Shown here piece by piece: positions 1 through 10,067 of a DNA stretch of 54,137 nt. Source of the DNA: a virus (Duplodnaviria > Caudoviricetes). The stretch covers positions 1-54,137 of IMG/VR virus record IMGVR_UViG_3300020233_000010. The stretch is one strand, 5' to 3'. The notes beneath the pieces were generated by a model. The model saw only the letters and a program-made list of their open reading frames with translations, was not told the origin of the DNA and searched no databases. Numbering within the stretch: position 1 is the first letter of the stretch; each line of letters starts with the position of its first letter. Both the position numbers and the translations under genes were made by a program.

Positions 1-129
1 CACAGCTCTGTTAGCTATTTCGCCATTGACGTTTTTTGTCACAGCTCTGTTAGCTATTTCGCCATTGACGTTTTTTGTCACAGCTCTGTTATCTATTTCG
101 CCATTGACGTTTTTTGTCACATCTCTGTT
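1..129. repeat. 39-bp tandem repeat (cacagctctgttagctatttcgccattgacgttttttgt), about 3.3 copies
   Basis: Seen directly; bases 1-66 are identical to 54072-54137. Confidence 0.97.
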
Positions 130-147
130 TGTGTTTGCAGTGCCCAT
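1..147 (-). CDS. N-terminal part of the repeat-flanked SAM methyltransferase (continues across the contig junction into 54137-53316)
   Basis: ATG at 147 with AGGAGA RBS (155-160). Reads MGTANTNRDVTKNVNGEIDNRAVTKNVNGEIA..., in frame with ORF 53316..54113 through the terminal overlap. Confidence 0.85.
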   Translation of the reverse strand, partial: MGTANTNRDVTKNVNGEIDNRAVTKNVNGEIANRAVTKNVNGEIANRAV

Positions 148-177
148 TTGGATTTCTCCTATTGTATTTTTATAGTG

Positions 178-441
178 TTACTTTGATTTGTTACTAGGTG
201 CGTTACCTTTGTTTTTATTTTCAGCAGCTTCCTTTTCTGCTTTCTCAGCAGCTTCCTTTTCAGCAGCTACTTCTTCGGCTGACTTTTGCTTCTGCTTTAT
301 TTCCTTAGCATCTTTCGCATCAATGAATACATCGGCCAAAGAACTTTCCACTTCGTACTTCTCACCTTCCTTGAACGTTTTAACTTCAAGACCATCTTCA
401 GATCCTTGGCGGGTTGCCGACATCTTTATACACTTACTCAT
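178..441 (-). CDS. Small head-associated hypothetical protein with Lys/Glu/Ala-rich C-terminus
   Basis: AAGGAGA RBS; position downstream of capsid and decoration genes. Confidence 0.7.
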   Translation of the reverse strand: MSKCIKMSATRQGSEDGLEVKTFKEGEKYEVESSLADVFIDAKDAKEIKQKQKSAEEVAAEKEAAEKAEKEAAENKNKGNAPSNKSK

Positions 442-457
442 TTCATATTCTCCTTAT

Positions 458-521
458 AAAAAAAGCACCACCACCCGTCCACAGAATTGGGGAAGGAAGG
501 AGAGCAAACCGGCGGCGATGC
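458..521 (-). terminator. Intrinsic terminator with a large pyrimidine-rich loop after the capsid/decoration genes
   Basis: Minus-strand stem GCAUCGCCGCC (521-511) / GGUGGUGGUGC (475-465) with G-U pairs, followed by U7 (464-458). Confidence 0.7.
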
Positions 522-542
522 AAAGGGCACTATCTTAAATCC

Positions 543-938
543 TTATGCCAATGGTGCGAGCGAAGGATTACCACGAACAACGGATGCAGAACTTACCAGT
601 ACAGGGGAAGTTCCTGCTACCGCAGAAATTGCAGCACGGATATACCGACTACCGCCAGTATATCCAACTCGCGTAACTCCATTATCGTTGGCTGCTGTAA
701 CAACAGGAGCAGCGCCATCCAAATCGGCAGCCGCTACAGTTGTAAACGTTGAGTTATCATCCGACTCCTCAATGATATGTGTAAATACAGGGCTAGTACC
801 ACTGGCCAATCCCATATCAAACACCACCATTGCAGCATCGTATCCACGTAGATCAACGCCAGTTCCATCCGCCGTAGCTGTACGAGACAGCGGAAGCAGA
901 GACTGTGCGATATCTACATTACTTTTTAAATCACGCAT
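543..938 (-). CDS. Putative capsid decoration/cement protein
   Basis: Directly downstream of the major capsid gene; small beta-rich protein (GTGVDLRGYD, EESDDNSTF, RYIR); GGAGG RBS. Confidence 0.65.
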   Translation of the reverse strand: MRDLKSNVDIAQSLLPLSRTATADGTGVDLRGYDAAMVVFDMGLASGTSPVFTHIIEESDDNSTFTTVAAADLDGAAPVVTAANDNGVTRVGYTGGSRYIRAAISAVAGTSPVLVSSASVVRGNPSLAPLA

Positions 939-982
939 TGTAAAAATCCTCCATTTGGATTATTGAAAAATGTCAGAAAGAT

Positions 983-2272
983 TTATGTAGATATCTTCTG
1001 AATCTTGAACGCTTCAAAATTAACAACGTCGCCACCGACTCGCCGTGTGCTGTAGAACTTAACAAAAGGCTTGGCGGTATAAGGATCGCGAAGAACTCGG
1101 ATGCCGGAACGCTCAACGATAGTATATGCAGCGCCGAAATCACCGAACGCAACAGCCAAAGCATTGGCAGCTACGGCCGCAACATCATTAGCTAGACGAA
1201 CAGGGTATCCCATCAATGTAGCTGGTTGGCCAACTTGAAGATTCGGCTGCCACAGATACTGACCATTAGAATCTTTCAACTTACGGACTGCTCCAACAGT
1301 AGTACGTTTCATCAAGAAGACGGCGCGGTTGCGGTAATCTTCTTTCAATGCAGTTTCCAAATCAATCAATCCATCAAACGTTACAGCAGCAGCAGCTCCG
1401 CTTACCACCTGTTCAATAGTTCCCCATGCTGTGCCAGCCGTATAGCTCATGATTCCGCGTGGCTTGCCAACTCCGGTTCCATTGACATAGGCAGTTGCTT
1501 CTGTACGGCGGAACTTGTCGGCAATCTTACGCGCAAGCCAACCTTCAACACTGAATCCAGTATCGTCAAGCATACGTTGCGTGGCGCGTGGTTCGGCATA
1601 GATTTCGTGAGCAACAATCTCGTTCTTCTTAATCTGCGGCGTTGCAGTTTCAGGACGAGATTCTTTCTCAGCTACCCAGCCAGAAGCAGCTTCGTCTGTA
1701 TCAGAAACCAGCTCCAGAGAATTGCCGGAAATAGTTTCGACAGTTGCAAGCTCGCGCAAAGGTGAGGACTCATTAATGTCAGTGATAATCCGCGCACTCA
1801 TCTGAGGAGTTACCCAATAACCACCGTCAGGATCAGAACCGACAGACAATGCTTTGTACTGGTCAGGCCCCATTCCTTTCTCATCTTTGCGAAGGTACTT
1901 ACCAAAGCTTTTCTGGTAAGCAAGGAACTCCTCAACGTCAATGTTTTTCTCATCGAACTCGCGACCAGTCTTAGAATCCTTAAGGTGTAAGAATGCAGTC
2001 GCAAGTTTAACGGTTGCAGAATCGTCACTGCCAGCACCGGAACGGTTTGCAGCCGTTGCAATAAGATCAACATTGTCGTTGACCTTAGACAGCTTTTCCT
2101 GCCATGCGTCTACATCAGTGTTGAGCTTCGTTACCTTTTCTTCCAGATCGGCAGGAGCGTATCCTTTTTCTTCAATACTTTTCAAGCGCAGATCATTTGC
2201 TTCCTGAAACTGTATGAAGGTAGTAGACAAACCATCTACCGCTGTTTTAACTTCATTGAGATCCATTATCAT
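983..2272 (-). CDS. Major capsid protein, HK97 family
   Basis: Coiled-coil N-terminal delta domain; motifs GSDPDGGYWV, WVAEKESRPET, LKDSNGQYLWQP, GDF..AYTIVER, RDPYT, RVGG. Confidence 0.97.
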   Translation of the reverse strand: MIMDLNEVKTAVDGLSTTFIQFQEANDLRLKSIEEKGYAPADLEEKVTKLNTDVDAWQEKLSKVNDNVDLIATAANRSGAGSDDSATVKLATAFLHLKDSKTGREFDEKNIDVEEFLAYQKSFGKYLRKDEKGMGPDQYKALSVGSDPDGGYWVTPQMSARIITDINESSPLRELATVETISGNSLELVSDTDEAASGWVAEKESRPETATPQIKKNEIVAHEIYAEPRATQRMLDDTGFSVEGWLARKIADKFRRTEATAYVNGTGVGKPRGIMSYTAGTAWGTIEQVVSGAAAAVTFDGLIDLETALKEDYRNRAVFLMKRTTVGAVRKLKDSNGQYLWQPNLQVGQPATLMGYPVRLANDVAAVAANALAVAFGDFGAAYTIVERSGIRVLRDPYTAKPFVKFYSTRRVGGDVVNFEAFKIQKIST

Positions 2273-3030
2273 TACCTCTTAGTTATCATCGAATCACTAG
2301 CCTTTTTAATATTGGCCAGCATACCTTTAATTCCAGCATCCCGCTGATCGTTATCAGATTCCTCAACATCACGCTGAGAATTCCACTTGCTAGACATAGC
2401 TTTTGCTATGCTTCTTGAAAATCCTACATCTCGTAGGTAATTTTCTACACTTCTTACACTGTCAAGTTTATCCACTGTTACTTTACCAACAACAGAACCG
2501 CTTTCACTCTTAACAGCTTGTATCTTAGCCCGTTGGTTTGCTGGGAATGTAACTATTGAAATTTCCCACAGATCAACGTTCTTGATTTTCCGCTTCATTC
2601 TATCGCGACTAACTTCAATATCGTTTTCTCGGTCAGGTATCGTAAAGCCGATAGACATGCGGTCAATAGCTTTAGCCTTTAGCAACTCATACGCTTCCAA
2701 TCCTTTTTGCACAGTAAGCACAAGTTTCGCCTCAAAGTATAGACCAGTCTTGTCTTCTTGCAACACTGTTATAGTGCCTATCGGCTGACGAGAGTCGTGC
2801 ATCCATAATAAGCGTATACCTTTGACGCCTTTTTTCTTTAGAGATTCAGCAAAAGCACCAGGAACAATAATGTCACGATCAGAATCAACGTTATTAAATA
2901 CGGAAGCGTAACCTTTAAAAGTTCCTTCTTCTGTAAGTTCCTTAATTTCAAATTCAACGTTGATCCTTCCTTCTTTAGATTCAAGACCATCTTGCCATTC
3001 TTCATCTTCCATACTCAACATTTCAAACAT
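2272..3030 (-). CDS. HK97-type prohead protease
   Basis: FKGYASVFNNVD..D, LLWMHD, SIGF, LWEISIVTFPAN motifs. Confidence 0.95.
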   Translation of the reverse strand: MFEMLSMEDEEWQDGLESKEGRINVEFEIKELTEEGTFKGYASVFNNVDSDRDIIVPGAFAESLKKKGVKGIRLLWMHDSRQPIGTITVLQEDKTGLYFEAKLVLTVQKGLEAYELLKAKAIDRMSIGFTIPDRENDIEVSRDRMKRKIKNVDLWEISIVTFPANQRAKIQAVKSESGSVVGKVTVDKLDSVRSVENYLRDVGFSRSIAKAMSSKWNSQRDVEESDNDQRDAGIKGMLANIKKASDSMITKR

Positions 3031-3044
3031 AATTTATTTCTCCT

Positions 3045-3956
3045 CTATTCAGTCCTATATAGTAGTACACATCTGCATTGAACAATCTGACTCGCAGGGC
3101 CACGTGGATCACCTGGGAATTTCAAAGTGTCAGCCCCAATTGAAAAAGATTCGTTGAATCCAACTCTTTGTCCATCCGCCGCTTCATGGTCCGGTCTTAC
3201 TCTTCCATCTTCTACAGTACCCCACTCCTTAATCGGTGAGAATCCTGTTGATCCTATCGCATCGTTCATGGCACTGTTCGCAGCACTATGCGTTTCCGTT
3301 CTTGCAATCATTATTGAGCGTGTCCGCGCCGTCTGCCTGCCTGTACCACTAATAGAACTGACAATCCCTCTAGCAACATCTCGTGGACCTTTTCCTTCAC
3401 TGATTCCATTAACTATAATACGATTGATCTTTCGTTTCGTCGTTTCGCTAATGGCTTCTGCTTTCTTTAAACCGTTTTCCGCTATATATTCTTTCTGCCT
3501 TCTTATAAACTCGCTATCAACATCCTTCGTTTCAATGCGTACAGATTCTTGCTTACCTTGTATAGAGTTGATAGCAGGTCTTCCTACCTTTTCATATACA
3601 GATCTATAGAATGTTTCAAGCGTCTTACGAATATCAGATAACGTTTCATTTACTGCTACTATTGCAGCTCTTGCCGCCGCTGTATCATTAGTCTCTTCCA
3701 AGTATGCTGTGGCCGCTATAGTCGCCTGTCTTGTTATTGCGGCTGTCATTGATCTTGTCAAGCTACGCTCCAAAGCTAATTGCATTCTTAACTGAACTGC
3801 TATCATCCTTGCACGTTCTCTTCTGTTCCTCGGATTCAATGGTACAAACTTAGTAGTAGGATAGGCTTTCCTTACCAACTTCAATATCGTAGGTTTGTTC
3901 TCATCTAACATCTTAACAATGCCATCTGAATCCATTGATGATATATTCAATTCCAC
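3045..3956 (-). CDS. Head morphogenesis protein (SPP1 gp7/MuF-like)
   Basis: IARTETHSA, KEW..DGRVRPDH, FPGDP..QCRC motifs. Start reassigned to GTG at 3956, overlapping the portal stop; ATG at 3935 is an alternative. Confidence 0.88.
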   Translation of the reverse strand: MELNISSMDSDGIVKMLDENKPTILKLVRKAYPTTKFVPLNPRNRRERARMIAVQLRMQLALERSLTRSMTAAITRQATIAATAYLEETNDTAAARAAIVAVNETLSDIRKTLETFYRSVYEKVGRPAINSIQGKQESVRIETKDVDSEFIRRQKEYIAENGLKKAEAISETTKRKINRIIVNGISEGKGPRDVARGIVSSISGTGRQTARTRSIMIARTETHSAANSAMNDAIGSTGFSPIKEWGTVEDGRVRPDHEAADGQRVGFNESFSIGADTLKFPGDPRGPASQIVQCRCVLLYRTE

Positions 3957-5368
3957 TATTCCGTACCTGTTTTCTCGTATGCTAATTCTGTCAACGCTCT
4001 TGCGCGTATTTCCCCGACACCTTGATCTATCAACCATAGATTGTAATCTTCTTTGCTAAGATCAAGATCGGTCATTGCTTTGCTCGCATCCTTTGCAGGT
4101 TCTGCTAGGTCAGCGCCAAGCGGTATCATTGTGGCTGACACTAATATCTCATCTCCGTTCGGGTCATCCTTGAATCCTAGTGATTGTCGCTTTTCATTTA
4201 TAGTAAGGAAGTCAGCTTTCGATATACGATCCCAACGTTGCTGGCGGCGCGGTTCCAAAGCTGGACATTCGTCATAGTCTGGCATTATCATTAACGACGG
4301 ATCGTCAAACATTGGAACCAGCCAATTATTTAATTCTGCCAAGATCATTCCAAGCAAAGGAATAATAGTATTGTCCCAAAAGTAAAGTCTCGCTTCTGCT
4401 ACATTGCTAAACGTTGCGCCCTCTGGTAATCCTAATAAGAAAGGAGGGACGCCGAACGCTTGACATATAAATCTTGCGGTTGTTCCTTTGTTCTCAATAA
4501 TAGCCATGTCCTTTGGATTGAAAGACATTCCTTCAAACGATAATCCCTTCTCAAGTATTAAATTCTTATTCGCATTGATAGATCCTGTCTGCTTTTCCTT
4601 TAGCTGATTCATAATGCGGAAATACTCTTTATCCCCAAGTGTCTTATCTGTTTTGATAACTGAGCCGCTGAATACTCCGTTCTTCAACATACTATAGTTC
4701 CATATATCAATCTCGTTATGTTGGTCAATGTTTGAAGCAGCTATAGATATGGGACTTAGACCAAGGAAGTCATCAAACGGATTGAATGTTTTCAAATGCA
4801 GAATCTGTGACTGTCCTGTAAGATCATTGACGGGCCAGTGTACACTTCCATTCGTTGTTGAGTAGCGGTATCCTGTGATAGATTTGCTCCCAGCTATAAT
4901 ACTCATCCTATCGGGGCGCTTAACATATATCTCTCTTGGAGGCGCTGTTTCTCTTGGCGCTACTGCTTCAAAGTAAGTGTTGCCAGTTATATTGTAATAG
5001 CCAACTAAGGAATGGATAAGACGTGCTAAAGATTCCTGAGGATTGGGGCGCTTCAATAGTAAGTTCAGAGGATGATTGAATTCTTCTTCCTTATCACCAT
5101 CACCTTTATGTCTATATAATTTCAGCGGAACACTGGCTGCGCTCCTTGCTACTTCTTCAATACATCTAAATGCTATAACGTTTTTCTTGTAACCTTCTTC
5201 CGATAATTTGATCGGGTTGTTATTGCTCCATATAGGCATGTCTGCTCTTGGACCATATACCAATCCATCGACAGCACTGTCTTTCTCAAACAACGCTCTC
5301 ATTGCTGCTCTAAACTTCATGCTACTTCTCTCCCAACTGGTTCTGATATGTTGGACAATGGACGCCAT
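3956..5368 (-). CDS. Portal protein, HK97 family
   Basis: HPL..LLKRPNP, GNTY, ILHLK.FNP, GLSPI, ICQAFGVPP.LLG, LTINEKR motifs. Confidence 0.95.
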   Translation of the reverse strand: MASIVQHIRTSWERSSMKFRAAMRALFEKDSAVDGLVYGPRADMPIWSNNNPIKLSEEGYKKNVIAFRCIEEVARSAASVPLKLYRHKGDGDKEEEFNHPLNLLLKRPNPQESLARLIHSLVGYYNITGNTYFEAVAPRETAPPREIYVKRPDRMSIIAGSKSITGYRYSTTNGSVHWPVNDLTGQSQILHLKTFNPFDDFLGLSPISIAASNIDQHNEIDIWNYSMLKNGVFSGSVIKTDKTLGDKEYFRIMNQLKEKQTGSINANKNLILEKGLSFEGMSFNPKDMAIIENKGTTARFICQAFGVPPFLLGLPEGATFSNVAEARLYFWDNTIIPLLGMILAELNNWLVPMFDDPSLMIMPDYDECPALEPRRQQRWDRISKADFLTINEKRQSLGFKDDPNGDEILVSATMIPLGADLAEPAKDASKAMTDLDLSKEDYNLWLIDQGVGEIRARALTELAYEKTGTE

Positions 5369-5574
5369 TCCACAGCAGTATTAAAATCTTCATTTCCACT
5401 GGATGACATATCTTCTTTAAATATTCCGTAGCACCATTTCCCAGGATTGAAAGATACGCCTGTAAAGTGCGCTTCCGAAGTTACATGCTCTGACAATCTT
5501 ATCTCAACCTTCTGTCCTAACATAGGTAGCTGATTGAGAACATGGAACCATCGTTTGGTCTTTATCATGCCCAT
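5317..5574 (-). CDS. Hypothetical protein inserted between terminase and portal
   Basis: ORF overlaps both neighbours on the coding strand. Confidence 0.55.
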   Translation of the reverse strand: MGMIKTKRWFHVLNQLPMLGQKVEIRLSEHVTSEAHFTGVSFNPGKWCYGIFKEDMSSSGNEDFNTAVEWRPLSNISEPVGREVA

Positions 5575-6794
5575 CGTATTCTCATTCCACTGTCTGCAAC
5601 TTCTGCATTATAATGGAACCATGCAAGGGCCAAGCTGCATACACAGTCATCATTCAATCCTACTGGCGCAGAATACTTAACACCTGTTCTTGTGTACTCA
5701 TATTCAAAGTTGTCTAGCTCTATAGATATAGGTCCTTCAGGATAAGCTATATCGTGGTGCTGAATTCCTATGGCCAACTTCTCCATTAATAGTTGCTTGC
5801 TAGACTGACTGAATTTGTATCCTTCAACATTTGGATTGGTTTTCTGCAGGTCTTCAAGTATAGGATCTCCAACGCCTGTAGAATCGACGAGTGTTGGAGT
5901 GTCGCCTATCAGACCACTTATAACACGTTTCGTATCTACCCAAGATTTCTGGAATCGTTCAAACCTGCAAACTTCTCCAGCATCATCTATCCCTATACCA
6001 ACTGTCCAATCCATAGTCTTAGCCAAATCCCATCCCCATATAACAGGGTCGCGCTTTGATAATAACTTTATACATGCAACAATGTCAGAAGTTCCGAATG
6101 GATTTCCTGCATCATCACTCGCTTCTGCTTCGTAAAGTTCTTTGAATACATTATCTGGGAGTAGAGATTGGGCATCATCTATTTCTTCTTGGTCAAGTAC
6201 TCCAGCTACAGCAGCGTCTCTTGATGTTATCTTATGGTATTCCATATTCTCAGCACCGGCTTCTGCTTTCCTTGCCAACATATAAAACCAGTTCTTCTTT
6301 CCTTTGACGTTGCCTATAAATCTCAATGGACCTTTAGTAGCTGTCAATGTTGAGCGTACTGCATACCAAGCTTCCTGTCTTATCCGTGATGCCTCATCCA
6401 TAACCGCAGCCCACACATCTTCACCATATAAATTATCTGGCTTCTCTGCAGACTTAAACCATATCTTCGTATCGTTTGGAATTAGGTGTATTGTCATATC
6501 CCCTTCGTTTGCATGATACAGATCTTTTGGAAGGGAACGTTTCATTCTTGTAAATGCAATCTTGGCTTGAGGATAGACTGGGGCAATCCACCAGAAGTTT
6601 CCACCGGCTCTTCCTTGCATAGCCTGTTCAAACAGCCATACTATACAGCCGACAGTTTTTCCGCTCTTTGTTCCCGCTTCTATAACACTATATCTAATGG
6701 CACTGAATATAGCGGCAGTCTGTTTAGGGTACATCCACGGTCTGGTGTAGTGAAATGACTTCGGGGCTTTTCTTGGGTTAGCCATTATCTTCAA
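5565..6794 (-). CDS. terL: Terminase large subunit
   Basis: Walker A AGTKSGKT, Walker B VMDEA, nuclease motifs GWDLA, DSTGVG, DDCVCSLALA. Start may be ATG at 6785. Confidence 0.93.
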   Translation of the reverse strand: MKIMANPRKAPKSFHYTRPWMYPKQTAAIFSAIRYSVIEAGTKSGKTVGCIVWLFEQAMQGRAGGNFWWIAPVYPQAKIAFTRMKRSLPKDLYHANEGDMTIHLIPNDTKIWFKSAEKPDNLYGEDVWAAVMDEASRIRQEAWYAVRSTLTATKGPLRFIGNVKGKKNWFYMLARKAEAGAENMEYHKITSRDAAVAGVLDQEEIDDAQSLLPDNVFKELYEAEASDDAGNPFGTSDIVACIKLLSKRDPVIWGWDLAKTMDWTVGIGIDDAGEVCRFERFQKSWVDTKRVISGLIGDTPTLVDSTGVGDPILEDLQKTNPNVEGYKFSQSSKQLLMEKLAIGIQHHDIAYPEGPISIELDNFEYEYTRTGVKYSAPVGLNDDCVCSLALAWFHYNAEVADSGMRIRWA

Positions 6795-7203
6795 TCTCCC
6801 CTTCCAAAGTAGTACCGCTTATATCCATAGTGAATGGGAATGGTTTTAAACCTTTACCACCGGAAGTAAGATCGATAGCTTTTAGATCGGGAAGTATCTT
6901 AGCAAGCTTGCGGAATTTAAGATCCGCTCTGGTCTTTAATATTTTCGTTCGGGTGAGAGACTTGGCGATAACTAGATTAACGTTATCTGGATTTTCCTTT
7001 GAGTTCTTCGCATTCTTAACAGCATTATTAAGCTCGCCGAGCTCTACATCTATTTTTGCTAAGCCCTGCAGAAGTATAGCGCCGTTTATTCTGTCACGAG
7101 TAGACTTCTTATTGATCGCTCGGTTATGATCGCGCCGAGCTGTTGGGTAGGTCTTTAATGCTTTAGTCTTTGCAACACTGACAGCACTAGATGAACTCGC
7201 CAT
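6778..7203 (-). CDS. Putative terminase small subunit
   Basis: Basic helical protein immediately upstream of and overlapping terL; C-terminal KILPDLKAIDLT. Confidence 0.6.
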   Translation of the reverse strand: MASSSSAVSVAKTKALKTYPTARRDHNRAINKKSTRDRINGAILLQGLAKIDVELGELNNAVKNAKNSKENPDNVNLVIAKSLTRTKILKTRADLKFRKLAKILPDLKAIDLTSGGKGLKPFPFTMDISGTTLEGEIEDNG

Positions 7204-7319
7204 TTATAACTACCTCATTTCCTTTTTCTCAACAACGCTCTAAAAGATTTTACTCATATGTTATGGACGTCATATTAATGGGCCGTCAATAATGAATGCA
7301 AGCGGTTTAGTTAACTTTA

Positions 7320-7570
7320 TAGCTATTTCGCTTGTTTCGCTTTTATTTCGTTTTTGTTTTTTGTAAGTAGCTGTTATTAGTTATTTATTTCGCTTATTTC
7401 TCTTATTTCTCTTATTAATATATTTAATTGTATATATATATTCTATTTGTTAACTATACCTCTGATTTTATTTAGCGATTGGGGGGATTTTTAAAAAAAG
7501 CGAAATGCGAAGTAACATATTAATTTACTTAAAAAATACCGTAACCAGTAGCGAAATAAAAAGCGCAATA
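7320..7570. other. Candidate replication origin: iteron-like TTTCGCTT repeats in opposite orientations flanking an AT-rich core
   Basis: TTTCGCTT-like copies at 7326, 7335, 7346, 7388, 7397, 7406; inverse AAGCGAAA-like copies at 7498, 7549, 7561; AT-rich 7412-7450; upstream of the primase-helicase. Confidence 0.55.
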
Positions 7571-7663
7571 AATACAAATTAGCCCTAATTTTTTCCTAAA
7601 AAAGTGTAAGCACTCTTCAACCGTAAAGCTTACTGTTACGAAAAATACCTATAAAAATAGCAC

Positions 7664-7692
7664 TTGCCGAGCTTTATTTTTGGTACTACAAT
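7664..7692 (+). promoter_or_regulatory. Sigma70-type promoter
   Basis: TTGCCG (7664-7669), 17-bp spacer, TACAAT (7687-7692). Confidence 0.6.
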
Positions 7693-7728
7693 ACGCACCC
7701 TGTATTAACTAATAGAAAGGTATTAACT

Positions 7729-8016
7729 ATGTCAAAGCTTAAAGAAGTAGAGAAAAGGCAGCAATCAGAGGATGATTATATCTTCACTTCCATACAAATA
7801 AAGGCGGGGTTGATGTGGAAGATAGAAGAATTCATTGAGAGTTGTCAAAGAAAAGAAGTCGGTTCAAGAAAAACGGCAGAACAGTTAATGAAGGAAGTTA
7901 ATAAAAAGAAGCTGACTGTAAAACAAGCTAACGATTATTTAAGAAAGAAGATACCTTACTTATCAAAAAGAGCTGTTGTGGAGTTAGCTCTAGAAGAGTT
8001 CTTTAGTAGTAAATAA
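7729..8016 (+). CDS. Small basic putative DNA-binding protein
   Basis: RBS GAAAGG; C-terminal SKRAVVELALEEF resembles a ribbon-helix-helix helix. Confidence 0.55.
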   Translation: MSKLKEVEKRQQSEDDYIFTSIQIKAGLMWKIEEFIESCQRKEVGSRKTAEQLMKEVNKKKLTVKQANDYLRKKIPYLSKRAVVELALEEFFSSK

Positions 8017-8033
8017 ATCGTAAGGAGCGCGTA

Positions 8034-10040
8034 ATGTCTAAGAAAGATATGCTCGACGATTTGAAAAGAAGCGGATTGACAGAGGCAGATGCTAAGAAGC
8101 TTAAATTAAAATCGCTTACCCCAGAGCAAACTTACAAACTGATAAAAGAGAAGATAGAATCCTACGAAATTCCATACTTTGATATTAATGGAAAGTTAAT
8201 AGGATTTAGCCGGTATAGATATATAGGTAAGAAGAAGGGATTTAAATCTAAAGAAGTAAAGCCACAACGATATAGCCAAAAGAGAGACACCGATTCTCAC
8301 TTATACTTCCCACCATTAGTAAAGTGGACGGACATAGCTAAAGATGTTTCCAAATCTATCATTATTACAGAGGGGGAAAAGAAAGCGGCCAAATCTTGTA
8401 AAGAAGGATTGCCGACTATAGGACTAGGAGGTGTATGGTCTTTTATGAGTAAGAGATCTAATAAAGAAGTTATTGATGATTTTCTAAGTATAGAGTGGAG
8501 AGAACGAGAAGTTTCATTGCTGTTTGACAGTGACCTAGCCACGAATGAGAATGTAAAGAAAGCTCTTAACAAGCTAGCAGTACAGCTAACTAAGTTAGGA
8601 GCCATTGTGTATATAGGATACCTGAAAGAAGATCATGGTGAGAAGGTGGGGCTAGACGATTTTTTACTGAACCATACTATAGAAGATGTAGACAACCTAG
8701 AATATGAATCTTATCAACTTGGTCCGCAACTATGGAACATGAATGATGAAGTTGCATTTCTAGAAGACACTGGATCTTACTATGTTGTAAACGTACGAAG
8801 ACTGTTCACATCAAATTCTCTAACTACAGGCACATTCGCCAGTAGAAGACATTCTGTAACGATAGATGATAAAATGAAATACGTTAATACATTTTCTGAA
8901 TGGAGTAAATGGCCGCAGAGGAGAACGCATAGTAAATTAGTATACGAACCTGGACAGAAGTTAGTAGCAGAAGATAATAGCTTAAACGTATGGCAAGGAT
9001 GGGGATGCGAACCAAAAGAAGGAGACGTTGCAATATGGCATGAGTTTATAGATTATTTATTTTCTGAAGATGAAGATTTTAAGAAGTGGTTTATACAGTG
9101 GATAGCGTATCCTCTACAACATCCAGGAACCAAGCTGTACACATCCGTCTTACTACATGGCATGGAGCAAGGAACAGGCAAGAGTATACTAGGGTATATA
9201 ATAGGTAAGATCTACGGAGATAATTTCGGTGTGATTTCTCAAGAAGATATGCACGGAACGTTCAATGAGTGGTCGGTCAATAAACAGTTTCTAATGGGCG
9301 AAGAACTGACCGGAACAGATAGACGAAGAGACGCCGATAGAATAAAGAACCTGATCACTAGAGAACACGTAACTGTAAACGCCAAGTTCCAACCATCCTA
9401 CTCTGTTAGAGATTGTATAAATTATCTACTGAACAGCAATCACCCCGATGCACAATTCCTAGAAGATAAGGACAGGCGAGCCGCTGTATACGAAGTCAAT
9501 AAGGAACCGAAGAGCGCTAAGTTCTATAAAGACTTGGGAAAATGGAAAGACGGAGACGGACCATCTGCACTTTTCTATTATCTATTAAACGAAGTGGATA
9601 TATCTAAGTTTGATCCTAACGGAAAAGCGCCGCTGACAGTAGCCAAGCAAGAAATGATAGACATGTCACGTTCAGACCTAGACGCCTTTGCTCATAGCAT
9701 AATAGAAGACCCGAACAATGTTATTGTCCATAGTGGAATAGCGATAAAGAGAGATTTGTTTACGGCAACAGAGCTGGTAGACATATACTGTCAAGATGAT
9801 CAACAGAGACCCGCCACCATTGCCTTGTCCAAAGCTTTGAAGCGAGCCGGACTAGCTAAGATGTCTGAGACACTTACCAAATCTGGTTCTAAGAAACTAT
9901 GGGCCGTTAGAAATATAGATAAATGGCGTAAGAGCGATGGAAAGCAAAGAGCGGCGGAGTACGATGGGGAATCTTTAAAGAGAAGGAAAAGTAATGTAGT
10001 CAGTTTTTCAAAGATGAAGGAAGGGAAAGATGAAGTATAG
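8034..10040 (+). CDS. Primase-helicase (DUF3854/Toprim-like N-terminus, DUF5906-like NTPase C-terminus)
   Basis: IITEGEKKA, GLGGVW, FDSD, KVGLDDF; Walker A GMEQGTGKS; FNEW..FLMGEE, IKNLIT, DRR. Confidence 0.9.
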   Translation: MSKKDMLDDLKRSGLTEADAKKLKLKSLTPEQTYKLIKEKIESYEIPYFDINGKLIGFSRYRYIGKKKGFKSKEVKPQRYSQKRDTDSHLYFPPLVKWTDIAKDVSKSIIITEGEKKAAKSCKEGLPTIGLGGVWSFMSKRSNKEVIDDFLSIEWREREVSLLFDSDLATNENVKKALNKLAVQLTKLGAIVYIGYLKEDHGEKVGLDDFLLNHTIEDVDNLEYESYQLGPQLWNMNDEVAFLEDTGSYYVVNVRRLFTSNSLTTGTFASRRHSVTIDDKMKYVNTFSEWSKWPQRRTHSKLVYEPGQKLVAEDNSLNVWQGWGCEPKEGDVAIWHEFIDYLFSEDEDFKKWFIQWIAYPLQHPGTKLYTSVLLHGMEQGTGKSILGYIIGKIYGDNFGVISQEDMHGTFNEWSVNKQFLMGEELTGTDRRRDADRIKNLITREHVTVNAKFQPSYSVRDCINYLLNSNHPDAQFLEDKDRRAAVYEVNKEPKSAKFYKDLGKWKDGDGPSALFYYLLNEVDISKFDPNGKAPLTVAKQEMIDMSRSDLDAFAHSIIEDPNNVIVHSGIAIKRDLFTATELVDIYCQDDQQRPATIALSKALKRAGLAKMSETLTKSGSKKLWAVRNIDKWRKSDGKQRAAEYDGESLKRRKSNVVSFSKMKEGKDEV

Positions 10041-10067
10041 AATACTTAAAATAATAGGAGCGGTATT

